From a bacterium (GTDB lineage Bacteria; SZUA-182; DTGQ01), in assembly GCA_040752695.1 (NCBI GenBank), contig JBFMGO010000017.1:5048-69047 (forward strand): 64,000 nt of DNA, given 5' to 3'. A model generated the notes under the pieces. That model was not told the DNA's origin, searched no databases, and was given only the letters and a program-made list of their open reading frames with translations. This document shows positions 1 to 12,400 of this stretch, piece by piece. Position 1 is the first letter of the stretch. Each line of letters opens with the position of its first letter. The position numbers and the translations under genes were made by a program.

Positions 1-661
1 GCTCGTAGGTCAGTTTGGGAATTTCTTCCGGGTCCCCACCCGCATCCTTTCCGTAGGTGTTATCCGGATACAGCCCTTCCAGCAGAACCTTACTCAGCAG
101 TGAGTCCGCCGAAGAGTAAAGCCCCTTCATTTCATTGTAGACAATGCCGGATATGGTCAGAGGGCTTTCGAGATCGGACGGTTTTTCCAGCTCCAGATGA
201 TATCCTTCCTGCAAAAAGGTGTACAGCGAAAGCCTGGGTCTCAGGACAAGATCCATATATACTCTGGCAAGATTGAAAAAATCCGCCTTGACCTGGCTGG
301 CTACAGGATACACGGTTTTATCCGGATAGGTAAAGGCATTGATAAATGTCTTCAAGGAACCTTTGGCCAATTCGTTAAAAGCATCCTTGACCGGATACCT
401 TTCCGAGCCGGCCAGGACAGAATGTTCCAGGATGTGGGGTACTCCCGTGGAATCCGCGGGCGTGGTACGAAAACCTATGGAAAAAAGATTTTCCCGATCA
501 TCGTTATGAAGATGCAAAACACGGGCACCGGTCAGATCGTGCCGTGCCTCATAGGCGGTAACCCGGATATCGGGTATTTCCTGTACGCGTAACACCGTAA
601 ATCCATGTAACTTTTCCCCCGCTTTTAAAGTCGGCGAGGGGCAACCTCCAGAACTATCCAT
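1..661 (-). CDS. M16C (insulinase/presequence protease-like) metallopeptidase, 5' part; runs off the window start
   Basis: Manual translation from ATG at 661 (GGAGG RBS upstream): MDSSGG...FSIGFRTTPADSTGVPHILEHSVLAGSERYPVKDAF...INAFTYPDKTVYP...GIVYNEMKG. HxxEH inverted zinc motif and PreP/Cym1-type blocks. Absent from the ORF track because there is no stop in the window. Confidence 0.93.
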   Translation of the reverse strand, partial: MDSSGGCPSPTLKAGEKLHGFTVLRVQEIPDIRVTAYEARHDLTGARVLHLHNDDRENLFSIGFRTTPADSTGVPHILEHSVLAGSERYPVKDAFNELAKGSLKTFINAFTYPDKTVYPVASQVKADFFNLARVYMDLVLRPRLSLYTFLQEGYHLELEKPSDLESPLTISGIVYNEMKGLYSSADSLLSKVLLEGLYPDNTYGKDAGGDPEEIPKLTYE

Positions 662-827
662 TACGCTTCCTCCTCCTTCCGTAGTCGTCTTATTCTCCTT
701 CCATAAGCGTCTCATTCCGCAACCATGGTAACCATGGTAATCACTCCAGTCACGTATTTTCTCTTCGGCCATTCACTCCTTTTATAATCCTTCCTTATTA
801 TAATCCCTCTTTCGTTATATGACCTGC

Positions 828-855
828 ATTATAGTGTAAAAAAGCTTATTTGCAA
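828..855 (-). promoter_or_regulatory. Putative sigma70 promoter of the M16 peptidase gene
   Basis: Minus strand reads TTGCAA-N16-TATAAT, about 170 bp upstream of the ATG. Confidence 0.5.
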
Positions 856-1167
856 AGAATTTTTCCTTCCCGGTAAAGCAGCCGGTTTCTGAGATCTTAA
901 CCGTGATTCCCGGAATAAAGATTCAGAAATAGAGAGACTATAATAAAGAGACTATGCCGGGAGAATGCTGCTTTCCGGATGCTGAATTGTCAAAACATAC
1001 TGCAAAACTTGTGAAATAATTTTCCTATTAATAAAAACGTAATATATCAATATGATAAAAATATAATGATAGTAAAGTATGAATTTCTTTTCATATATCC
1101 CTAACATAATTCTAATTATTTTTCATTAGTTGAAATTAATTAGAATATAAATTTTAATTAATTTTTA

Positions 1168-1183
1168 TGGCATTCTATTTGCA
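1168..1183 (+). promoter_or_regulatory. sigma54 (-24/-12) promoter of the rhodanese/transglutaminase/RHS operon
   Basis: TGGCATTCTATTTGCA gives TGGCA-N6-TTGCA with exact GG-N10-GC spacing, preceded by about 150 bp of very AT-rich DNA. Confidence 0.72.
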
Positions 1184-1325
1184 AGGCTTCTATACTATCT
1201 ATGTACATCATCCATAATCCGGCTCAATACCAGGTTAAGTCCCGGTTATACTTCTCATTTGAAACACGGAAGCTTCAATTTCATAAAGCGTAATAAACAG
1301 TACAACAAGAGTTCATCTTTTTTGG

Positions 1326-2291
1326 ATGAACCAGAAAGAGACCAGGATTACTCTTATGATAAAAAAGCAATCTTCCATAATCAACATAGTCACCGCAGTC
1401 ACCATAGTAAACGTCATCACTGTAGTCATTATCTGCATTCTCATGAACTTATTCACCTGGAGTGTATTATCTGTCTCAACAGGACATGCATCGCAGCAGC
1501 AACAAAAGCAAATTGAAATTCCTGCTGAATTACTGGCCAGGAAATTGACAAGACGAAACCCTGATTTATTGATCTCTCCAGAATCAGTTTGGAAGAAATT
1601 AGAGAAAAAGCAGGAAATTATCCTTATTGATGTCCGGGACAGCCAGGAATTCGAAAAGCTCAGAATCCCCGGTTCCTTAAATATACCTCTTTTTGCACTC
1701 AAGACAAAGGCTTTTTTGAAGTCCAAGCCTTTGGTTTTAGTTAACGAGGGCTATACCTACAGTCAGTTGGAACAAGAATGCAAAAAGCTAAAAGGTTCCG
1801 GTTCTTCCGCTGTTTCGATATTGAAAGGTGGATTGCAGCAGTGGATGCGGAAAGGAGGAGCCTTTGAAGGAGATCTTTCTTTTCAGGGGAGACTCAATAA
1901 AATCCCTCCCTGGATTTTCTTTCAGGAGAGAAATTATGATGACTGGATTGTCGTCGATGTTTCCGAATCCAGGAAATCACATGTCCAGTCCTTACTCCCT
2001 GAGGCAGTCCATATACCTTTCTCGGATAATAATACGGAAGAATTTTTTTCGCGATTGACAACACTGATAAATGAACGCAAAGGCAATCTCTTTTACTCTG
2101 TTTTGATTCTGAACGATAAGGGGGAATATGGAGAAGTGGAAAAAATCGCTCAGAAAAAAGATATAGAAAATATTTTCTATCTGAGCGGAGGACTTGAAGA
2201 ATATCAATCATTTTTGCAGCAGCAGGCTCTTATCTGGCAGCCAAAGGCTGAAAATAAAAAGAAAGTTGAAAAGTGCCGGAGTTGTCAATGA
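1326..2291 (+). CDS. Membrane-anchored tandem rhodanese-like domain protein
   Basis: N-terminal hydrophobic segment. IILIDVRDSQEFEKLRIPGSLNIP and ILKGGLQQW in domain 1; VVDVS and YLSGGLEEY in domain 2. Ends in CRSCQ. Start may be 1356. Confidence 0.85.
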   Translation: MNQKETRITLMIKKQSSIINIVTAVTIVNVITVVIICILMNLFTWSVLSVSTGHASQQQQKQIEIPAELLARKLTRRNPDLLISPESVWKKLEKKQEIILIDVRDSQEFEKLRIPGSLNIPLFALKTKAFLKSKPLVLVNEGYTYSQLEQECKKLKGSGSSAVSILKGGLQQWMRKGGAFEGDLSFQGRLNKIPPWIFFQERNYDDWIVVDVSESRKSHVQSLLPEAVHIPFSDNNTEEFFSRLTTLINERKGNLFYSVLILNDKGEYGEVEKIAQKKDIENIFYLSGGLEEYQSFLQQQALIWQPKAENKKKVEKCRSCQ

Positions 2292-3253
2292 GAAAGATGC
2301 TGCTTGTGAGAAAGGTACTGTCCATGAGAAAGGTGAGCCAGCAGGGGAAAAAGTTCTCCAGGCGATATCTTTTCGTGGTATGCCTCTGCATGCTGTTTTC
2401 GGGGACAGGGCTGACAAGCACAGTGAGGCTGACAGGCACAGTGAATGTCTTTGGAGCCGATTATCCTGTTTTCCGGCAAATTCAATATAGCTTTACTCTT
2501 CAAAATAGAAGTAATCGTTTATTGAAAAAAGCGGAGTTTTGGACCTATGGACCGGTAAAACAAACCGCAACACAGCGGTGCGTAAGTATTGAAGCTTCTT
2601 ACCCCTATCAATTAATCACGGATGACTCGGGTAACCAGATTCTTGCCTTCTCCTTTGAGAATCTGCCGCCGTATGCCATCAAAATTATTACCATCAGGGC
2701 GGAACTCGAATTTTCAGAACTATCAAACCAATTGCCGGGTCAAGACACTCGCGCCTTCCTTCTGGCAGAAGAATATATCGAGTCCGATAATCCTGAACTT
2801 TCCGGATTTGCCAGGGGATTCCAGGGGCCGGAACCAAGTAAGGTTGTTGAAAATATATTTCACTGGATTACGGAAAATATAAAATACATGGGATATGTAA
2901 AGAATAACCGGGGCGCTCTTTATGCCTTCAGGAACAGGCAGGGTGACTGTACGGAATTCATGAACCTTTTTATTGCCCTTTGCAGGGCCAATACTATTCC
3001 TGCCCGTGGTATCGGCGGATATGTTTGTCCTGAAAGTTCCACTTTGAAAGCAGGTGAATATCACAACTGGGCGGAATTCTTCGAAGATGGGCTATGGAAA
3101 ATCGCTGATCCGCAAAAGAAGGCTTTGAGGACAAACCAATCGGCATATGTGGCCATGATGATTACCGGGGAGTCTTCCCAAAATCCCACCGGCAAGTTTT
3201 CTCAATTCCGGTTTTCAGGGGATGGACTTTATGTTGAAATGATGGATGAATAA
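2288..3253 (+). CDS. Transglutaminase-like (Cys-His-Asp) protein with N-terminal signal/anchor
   Basis: GDCTEF (Cys codon 2948-2950), ALCRANTIPARGIGG, YHNWAEF, WKIADP. ATG at 2288 overlaps the upstream TGA (ATGA), suggesting translational coupling. Confidence 0.9.
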   Translation: MRKMLLVRKVLSMRKVSQQGKKFSRRYLFVVCLCMLFSGTGLTSTVRLTGTVNVFGADYPVFRQIQYSFTLQNRSNRLLKKAEFWTYGPVKQTATQRCVSIEASYPYQLITDDSGNQILAFSFENLPPYAIKIITIRAELEFSELSNQLPGQDTRAFLLAEEYIESDNPELSGFARGFQGPEPSKVVENIFHWITENIKYMGYVKNNRGALYAFRNRQGDCTEFMNLFIALCRANTIPARGIGGYVCPESSTLKAGEYHNWAEFFEDGLWKIADPQKKALRTNQSAYVAMMITGESSQNPTGKFSQFRFSGDGLYVEMMDE

Positions 3254-3458
3254 ACAGATAAGAATCTGTTATTGTTGACTTATTATCCTTTTAAGTCTGG
3301 ATGGCAATGGTTAGGGAGGAAAGATCTTATGAAAGATCTTATGAGGAAAAATCATACACCGTTTTTGCTGACCACAATAGTAATGATTGATGGGTTAGAT
3401 GGGTTAACGGTATCGCATTTTTATTCGATGCTGAAAGAGAAGGAAGGAGACAAGAAAG

Positions 3459-6400
3459 ATGTGTAAAAAATTTAATTCCTGGTTATTTATCTTTGTAATT
3501 TTCCTTCTCCTTCCCTGTGTAACCCATGCCTCTCCTCTAACCTTATATGACACGAAAGGCTATCCGTATGATATTGAAGACGGCGGTTATCTCATTAATG
3601 GATATTCCGACGCCTATGATGGCTATTATTACTTATACGTTAATGACACTGGATATACAGGAACCCGATCAACGGTTGAGGATGATGGTCGGGAGGCAGT
3701 ATGTGATCCTCAATCGATAGCCGGACTGGATGTGAGCAGAAAAGTTTTTGTACCAGAGACTGAAAACTGGGCCAGATACCTGGAGATATTATCGAATCCA
3801 ACGGAGAGCGAAATCTGTGTTACGGTAAGGATTGGCGGGAATTTGGGTTCAGACAGCTCTACCCTTATTATTTTAACATCGGATGGAGATTCAACCTTTG
3901 AGAATACAGATACCTGGCTTGTAACTGACGATTCATCCGATGGAGGAGGGGACCCTTCGTTAGCACACATCTTCGAGGGGACGGATGCCCTGGAGAGTGT
4001 TGACACTGTCTTTGCAGCTAACAATAATGACCGTCCCTATTATCAATGGGACCAGGTATGCATACCACCCGGTCAAACCAGAATTTTCATGCATTTTGCC
4101 GTACAGCAGACCGATAGAAGCAGAGCTGTCGATGAAGCAAATTCTATAAAACCTCCATCTCCGGAGGTCACCTTAAGCGGTTTAAGTGATCTTGAGAAAG
4201 TCTGCATTGTTAACTGGTCACTCGGCCCCAGGGTAATTTCTACCATCCCGGCTCCGGATGCTGACAATGTTCCGCCAAATTCACATATTTTCGCCTATTT
4301 TAGTAAAGATCTCAATCCTTCGACAGTGAACAATTCCACTTTTTTAGTTTCAGGAAGCACGAGCGGTAATGTATCAGGGTCTACTCATTATTACCAAAAG
4401 ACGAGAATGGCTGAATTTACCCCTTCCGCTGATTTTAGTATGGGAGAAATCATTACTGTTCATTTGACTTCGCAGATCGAAGATACAGACTATCTGAGAT
4501 TACCATCAGGCTATCAATGGGTATTTACGGCAGGCAGCGCGTCCGATACGACACCTCCCTCGCCAATCTTGGATTTAGTGGCCTCAGACGATGGTAACGG
4601 AGGGATTCATCTGACGTGGACACCTGGCGGAGCATCTGATTTAGCCTACTATAAGGTTTATAGAAATACATCGGCAATAAACGATGTAACAGGATTAACG
4701 CCTGTTGGAATATCCCTTCAATCCAATTACATAGATATGTCTGCGACATTAGGAGTTACTTATTTTTATGCAGTCACTGCGGTAGATCGGAGTGGAAACG
4801 AGGACCTTTCCGTATCAGGTTACGGCCCAATAAGTGTATCCAATACCGTCCCGCCCAACCCTCCCACAGATGTTTCGATAGCTCTGGTAGATGAATCATC
4901 ACTTACCTTATCCTGGTCTCCGAATAGCGAACCGGATCTTGCCGGCTATAAGGTTTACTATGGCCTTGAAACTGGCACCTATAGTAATTTTTTTGATGTT
5001 GGCAATACTACTACGTATACACTGCATGGTTTAAGGGCTGGAGTAACGTACTATTTTGTCGTTGTCGCTTACGATACTGCGGGTAATGAAAGCGCTTATT
5101 CAGAGGAGAGATGGGAAATTCCTCTCTTGAATTATAGGATTACAGATGATGAAAATACATCGGATCAACCGACGGTCGGCATTGACTCGAACGGGAATCT
5201 TCATATTGCCTGGGTGGATGATAGAGACGGAAATTATGAAATTTACTATAAAATGATGACTGCCAAAAGGGATATCCTGATTGATGATACCCGGCTGACT
5301 TTTGATCCTGATGATTCGAGAAGACCTTCCCTGGGCATAGATTCGCAGGGTAAGGTTTATATTGCCTGGCACGATAGAAGGGGTGATACGGGTCCTGAGA
5401 TTTATTTTATGAAGGTCGATCCATCCCTGGATGACGAGGATGGTGACAGTGCAGATCCGGCAGTAATAAAAGTGATATCTGATACTGCCTTGACTCCTGA
5501 TGACGGAGTAAAATCAAGTTGCCCTGTGGTTGCCGTGGACAGCGCAGACACCATCCATGTCGTTTGGACCGAAGACCAGGATGGGGACAGGATCTTATAC
5601 ACAAAGCTCGACAGCGGTGGAACGAGGCTTATAGATGCCATAGTGATCTTTTCAGGGGGAGATTTCTGGAGATCGAATCCGGTAATCGGCACAGATGCAA
5701 ACCGAAATGTTCATATTGCCTGGAATGATAACTCTGCCACTTCCGACTATGAAATTTATTATAAAATGTTGGATGCTGCCGGTTCCACTTTGATAGAGGC
5801 AACGCAAATAACCTCTGACGATGGAAGTTCCTCAAAGAGACAATCACTGGCAGTTGACAGCCAGGGGAAAGTAATTCTTGTCTGGCATGATAAAAGAGGA
5901 AGCGATGCGCAAATATACTTCACGAAGCTTGACCCACACAATGATGACCAAAATGGAGATGCGGCAGATGCAGGGGCGATTAAGATCATCCCGGATAAAC
6001 GCCTGACCGGCGATGACCGGAAATCGAACACCCCTACCGTTGCCATAGATCGCTCTGATAATTGTCATATTGTCTGGTATGAAAATTGGGAATCAGGGGA
6101 TCATGGTGATCTTCATTATATGGTTGTAGATAACGAGGGGAATATAATCAAGCCGGATATCCCCTTGACCAGGGGTCAAACGGCAGCGACTTCTACTGAC
6201 TGGACCCTGGGAAGTATAGGGATAAATAAAACCGATGGCCATGCTCATATACTATGGTGTGATAATAGAGACGGGAACTACGAGATTTACTATTCTTCTT
6301 TCCCTCCACTTGCTCCAAAAGCATCGTTCATCTATCCGGGAGATGGCACCCAAGATGTACCACCGAATACCTCTCTACTGATATCCTTTAGTACCGAGAT

Positions 6401-9400
6401 GAATGCCTCAACCTTTAACGGCTCTACCATAACCGTCAGGGGCTCTGTTTCCGGTCTCCATACGGGAACCTTTACCTATGAGCCATCCGTAAAGAGGCTG
6501 AAAATTGATCCTGACGCTGATTTTACCCCTGGTGAACAAATTACGGTAGTCCTGAGCACAGATATACGTAATCTCCAGGGTGCAGGTCTGGCAAGCGAGT
6601 ATACCTGGTCTTTTACGACAGGTACACAAGCCGATACCATACCTCCATCCCGGGTCACTGGTCTTACGGCTCAAGCTATAGCTGAAAATGGGAGCGTTAC
6701 GTTAGCGTGGGACAATAATGGAGAACCTGACGTATACCTCTATAAGATATATCGCGATACCTCCCCTATTTCCGATGTAACCGGCCTTGAGCCCATTGCC
6801 GAGCATTATACAAACAGCTATCATGATTTTTCTGCTGCGGTTGGCCAGAATTATTACTATGCAGTCACTGCCGTAGATGTATACGGCAATGGAGATAAAT
6901 CAATAACGGGCTGTGGTCCGGTCACCCCGGCCAATAATCCCCCGCTTCCACCGGCAAGGATAAATGTTCAGCCTGCGCCAGCCGGTAATGTGGTGGATAT
7001 TTCCTGGGCAGCCAACCCGGAGACCGATTTAGCCGGATACAGGCTCTATTACGGGTTCTCCAGCGGCCAGTATGAACAGCCGATAGATATCGGCAACCAG
7101 ACCGCTTATCAATTTACCGCCACTCTTTGTCCGCCTTACTATTTTGCTTTTACCGCTTATGATACCTCAGGGAACGAGAGCACCTTGTCACCGGAAATTA
7201 TATTTTCCGGCAGTTGGGGATCGGGTGATTCGGGTGATTATAAGTTGGCCACAAGCGAGATGCCGAACAGTGGAGTTGCCTTTCACTGGATAGATATCAC
7301 AGCTTCCGGCATATCTACAGATATTACCGGGAATGATTCATCAGGGGAAGTGAGTATCGGTTTTGACTTTAAGTTCTATGAAAATAGGTATTCTACGGTG
7401 AGAGTAAGTTCCAATGGGTATCTTACTTTCGGGGGGTACGGAACAGAGCATAGTAACAGCGGTATTCCATCTGTCAATCAACCCGATAACCTGATCGCTC
7501 CCTTCTGGGACGATCTCTCTCCAAGTGGTGGAAAGATTTATTTCGAAACCAGAGGCGCTGCACCGAACCGGAGATTTATTGTGGAGTGGTACAATGTTTG
7601 TTTTAACGGTGATACCAGCACTCGGGTAACCTTCGAGGCAATCCTTTATGAAGGAAGCAATCAGATCGAATTCCAATACCTGAACGTGGAGGCAAACAGC
7701 GGAGCAAGAGGATCGGGTGCAACGATAGGGATCGAAAATGGTGATGGAACCAAAGGGCGTCAATTCTCCTGCAATACTAGTTCGTTAACCAATCGACTGG
7801 CCATCAGGTTTACCAAGCCGCACTTTGTCTCTTCAACCTACCCTGAGAGAAATGCCGTTAGTATTGCTCAAAATACCAATATCAACGTGAAGCTTTCAGA
7901 GAAAATAGATAAGAATACCATAACCGATACCAGCATTACCTTAACGGGCAGTATCAGCGGGCCTGTCACTTCTGCCTTTCGCTTTGCTGACACACTGTAC
8001 ACGCTTATCATCGATCCGGGTATCGGTTTCGCTGCCGGAGAAACCATTACCGTTGTGTTGAGCGGGAACATAGCCACCTTATCCGGAAGACAACTCGGCT
8101 GCGACTACCGCTGGACATTTACGGCAGGGGATACAAACGATACGACCCCGCCAGCGCCGCCTGAGGGAGTAATCGCGCAGACTGCCACGGCTGTCAATAG
8201 AGCGGTTATTTCCTGGACAGCCAATACGGAGCCCGACGTAGTCGGCTACAAAGTATATTATGGTTATTCCAGCGGCCAGTATGAGCAATCGATCGATGTG
8301 GGTAATCAAACCAGCTATCAGCTTATTGCAGCGACGTGTCCGCCTTATTATATTGTTGTTACAGCTTATGATGCGGCTGGATTCGAGAGCGCAACCTCTG
8401 GAGAAATAGAAATAGTAGAGTCCGCAATTATTGAAGATTTCGAATCCGGTTCACTGGCGGCCTGGAATAGGTCTTCCGGGACCATAAGCGGGGCTTACGC
8501 ACATGACGGCACAAGAGGCATAACTGACCCAGAGTGGATTTACCGGATTGACAATGCTGCAACGATACAACACGGTGATACCATTTCTGCCTGGTTTAGA
8601 CCGGGTTCCAGCAGCAGCGGCAGGTTTTACTTTGGGTTCGGTGCAGACAGTACCGGATGTTATTCATTCGTGATGGCGATGAACACAGGTCAAATCATTT
8701 TCCAGGACAACTCTGCCTATGGTTATATAAACCTAAACAGCGTCCCGCAATCGTGGACATCCGGCAAGTGGTATAGAGCGGAGGTCCGCTGGGAGACCGA
8801 TGGAATCACGACAGGTTATTTGTATGACAGTGATGGCACCACCCTATTGAACAGCCTCAGTCAACATTTATCGGGCAGAACGAGCGGCGGTGTTGCGATC
8901 CGTAGTTTTGGCGGTATTTCTATCGATACTATCCAAAGGGGTTGGGGACCGGCGAATAATAAAATAAGGAATACAATTCCTCCCAGGGATTCATCAGGAG
9001 TGCCGTTCAACACCGGTATTGCTGTCCTCTTTCATGAAGCCATGGACCTCAACAGCTTCAACAGTTCATCTATTACCGTAGAGGGAAGCGCAAGCGGTCT
9101 TCATTCTGGAAATGCAGCCTATTTACAGCCCCTGGCAGGCTTTGTCTTTAACCCGGACACACCTTTTACACCGGGCGAAACGGTTATTGTAACGATTGCC
9201 GGAAGTATCGCTACAGCCGCAGGATCTTCTTTGGGTTGTGACTACCGGTGGACATTTACGGTCGGTGATACCAGCGATGACACACCACCCCTATCCATAA
9301 CGGGCCTTACTGCTCAGGACGCCCCTGATGATACCGGAGGGAAGATAAATGTAAGCTGGGCTGCAAGCAGTGCCCAGGATCTTGCTTATTATAAGGTATA

Positions 9401-12400
9401 CAGGGATACATCCCCCATAACGGATGTGAGTCAATTGACTCCTATAGCCTTCGTCGGCACCGGCAGATTCACTGATACCGCTGCTGTCAACGAGACTGAA
9501 TATCATTATGCAGTAACTGCCGTAGATACCTGCGGCAATGAAGGCACTGCCGTAAGTGGCTTTGGCCCGGTGGCCTCAAGAGATAATATACCGCCCGCTG
9601 TTCCCGGCGGCCTCAATGTTTTCCTGTCTGGTGACAGAACCCTGGATATAAGCTGGCAAGCCGCTGCTGATGCAGATTTAGCCGGCTACAAAATTTACTA
9701 TGGTACAACGGCCCAATATGGTCAAATGATAGATGCGGGAACCCAAACCAGCTATCAGCTCAGTGGCTTACAGGGAAATACAACCTATTATATCGTAGTA
9801 ACCGCCTATGATACTTCAGGCAACGAGAGTACCTATTCAGCTCAGGTAAGCGCCCTGTCCGAGGCCATGAAAGATATTCTGCTGGTGATCGACGACAGAT
9901 ACGGCGAAGGCTCCAGCACCTATTCGAGTGAATCCTTCTTTAAAGCCGCTCTCAATGCCAATGGCTACTTATATAATACCTGGAATACCAGGGCTCAGAA
10001 CAACTCACCCTCATCAGCTTACCTGTCCAGGTTCCCGCTCGTTATCTGGAGCACAGGGGATAATCGCTCATCCACGCTTTCTTCGGCTGAAGAGCAGAGC
10101 CTTCAAGAGTACCTGGATCAGGGTGGCTTTTTATTCCTCTCCAGCCAGTTCCTGCTCTATACCAGAGGTGTCTCTTATTTCGTGCAAAACTACCTGCATG
10201 TCAGTTCTTATCAAAGCTCTCAAAATTACACCCGGATTACCGGCGTCACTTCCGATCCGGTCAGCGATGGATTAGACGCGAATTTAACCTTCCCCGGCAG
10301 CAGGTCCTATTCCAATCCCTTCACCGCAGACAGTCTTCCCTCCCTCATCTTTACGAATGAATACGGCTCAGGAATGGGTTTAAGATATACGGGCAATTAC
10401 CGCATCGTCTATCTTGCCTTTCCCTTCGAGGCTATTCGGGATACGGACCCTGCTCCCAACAATCAAAGCAGCGTCATGGCAAGAATTGTTAATTGGCTGG
10501 CTGCACCCAGTATTATTTCGTCTAAACCTTCTGACGGCAGCGCAGATCTGCCTGCGAATATCAATATAGCCGTTACTTTCAGCGAAAAGGTACTGCCGGA
10601 AACCGTTAACTCATCTACATTTGTGGTCTCTGGCAGCATGCAGGGGGCCATTGCAGGGGGAATCACCTATTACCCGGATATAAAGACCGCTGTATTCGAT
10701 CCCGCTTCGGATTTTTCTCAGGGGGAGACGGTCACGGTTACCCTTACTACGGGAATACAGGATCTTGCCAGTGTGGGACTGCTGGCGGATTACAGCTTTT
10801 CCTTTACCGCTGCGGCTGCTTCCGATGAAACGCCGCCATCAGCGATACAGAACCTGACAGCAGTTGACACCCCGAATGATACGGGAGGAAGCATCAGCCT
10901 CACCTGGGACCCAAGCCCGGATTCTGATCTTGCCTACTATAAAATATATCGGGATACCGCAGCATTTTCCGATATCTCATCCTTAAGCCCGCTTTCTACC
11001 AGCAACTCTCCATCCTTCATCGATGAAACCGCGATCGATGGCACCGACTATTACTATGCGGTAACGGCAGTGGATACCAGTGGTAATGAGGATAGTGCGG
11101 TCACCCCGGCAGCAGGGCCGGTTCAATCGAGAGATAATATTCCTCCGGCCATTCCGTCCGGTTTTGCAGGTACTGTGGTCAACGAGACATCGGTATCCCT
11201 CACCTGGACTGCAAATACAGATCCGGACCTTGCATACTACAGGGTCTATCGGAGCACAGTACCAAGATCGGGCGAATCAGTCCACACATCAGGAGATCTG
11301 GATAATACGTATTCCTATAGCAGCTTATTCAGGCGTGCTTATGTGTGGGCCTATTCTGGAGACAACGATACTTTGTCAGTTCAGGTCGATGGTTATAATC
11401 CCTCTACCGGTTCATGGGTATCTCTCTATTACGGGACCGGGGGTACCAGGACAGTTATCGATCAAACCTACTCTGCTCCCCTGTATTCCAGAATACGGGT
11501 CAGAGTAAATGACACTGAAAATAATGACACTATCTACTATCGTTATTCTTTTTCCACTGAAGAAGACCAAAACACACAAACACTGAACGCTGATATAACA
11601 AGCTATCAGATAGACGGACTCGATCCATGCACGACATACTATTTTTCAATCACTGCCCTGGATACGACAGGGAATGAAAGTGATTTTTCCCCGGAGATTT
11701 TCCTGAGCACTATTTCACCAGGCGCTCCGCAGCCACCAGCAGATCTGACTACCGTTCCGGGGAGAAATACCGTAGATCTCACCTGGCAGGCCAATGCAGA
11801 GTGTGACGTGGTGGAGTACAAGGTGTATCGAAGCCTGACGCAAGGAGAGGATTACACCCTCATCGCCTCCGTGCAGGCACCTGCTGCCACTTACATGGAT
11901 ACCGGGCTTGCTGACGGCACTACATTTTATTACGTCGTTACAGCCAAAGACTCCGAAGATAACGAAAGCTCGTATTCATCGGAGATAAGTGCGACGACAA
12001 CCAACCGGCCTCCTCAGGCAGTAATCGGAGGGCCGTATAGCGGTCAGGAAGGCTCGGTGCTGACCTTGAGCGGCAGCGGGTCTTCCGATCCCGACCCTGA
12101 GGATAGCCTGACCTATGCCTGGGATCTTGATAATGACGGCGAGTTTGACGATGCCGATACCGTGAATCCGACCTTTATCTGGCCGGATAACGGCAGCTAC
12201 ACCATTTCGCTCCAGGTTTCCGACGGCTCTTTGACGGATATTGATACTACGACAGTAACCATCGTGAATATTGCACCCATCGTAACCATAGGGCCGGATA
12301 TCACCATTGATGAAGGAGAGAGTGTCAGTTTCACTTCTTCGGTAACTGATCCCGGAACCCTGGACACCTTTACCTATGCCTGGGATTTCGGGGATTCCAC

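Noticed and set aside
197-592. 131-aa plus-strand ORF
   Set aside because: Antisense shadow of the M16 peptidase, which has clear family motifs on the minus strand.
3272-3466. 64-aa ORF between the transglutaminase and RHS genes
   Set aside because: TTG start, no RBS, contains a 12-bp duplication; likely non-coding.
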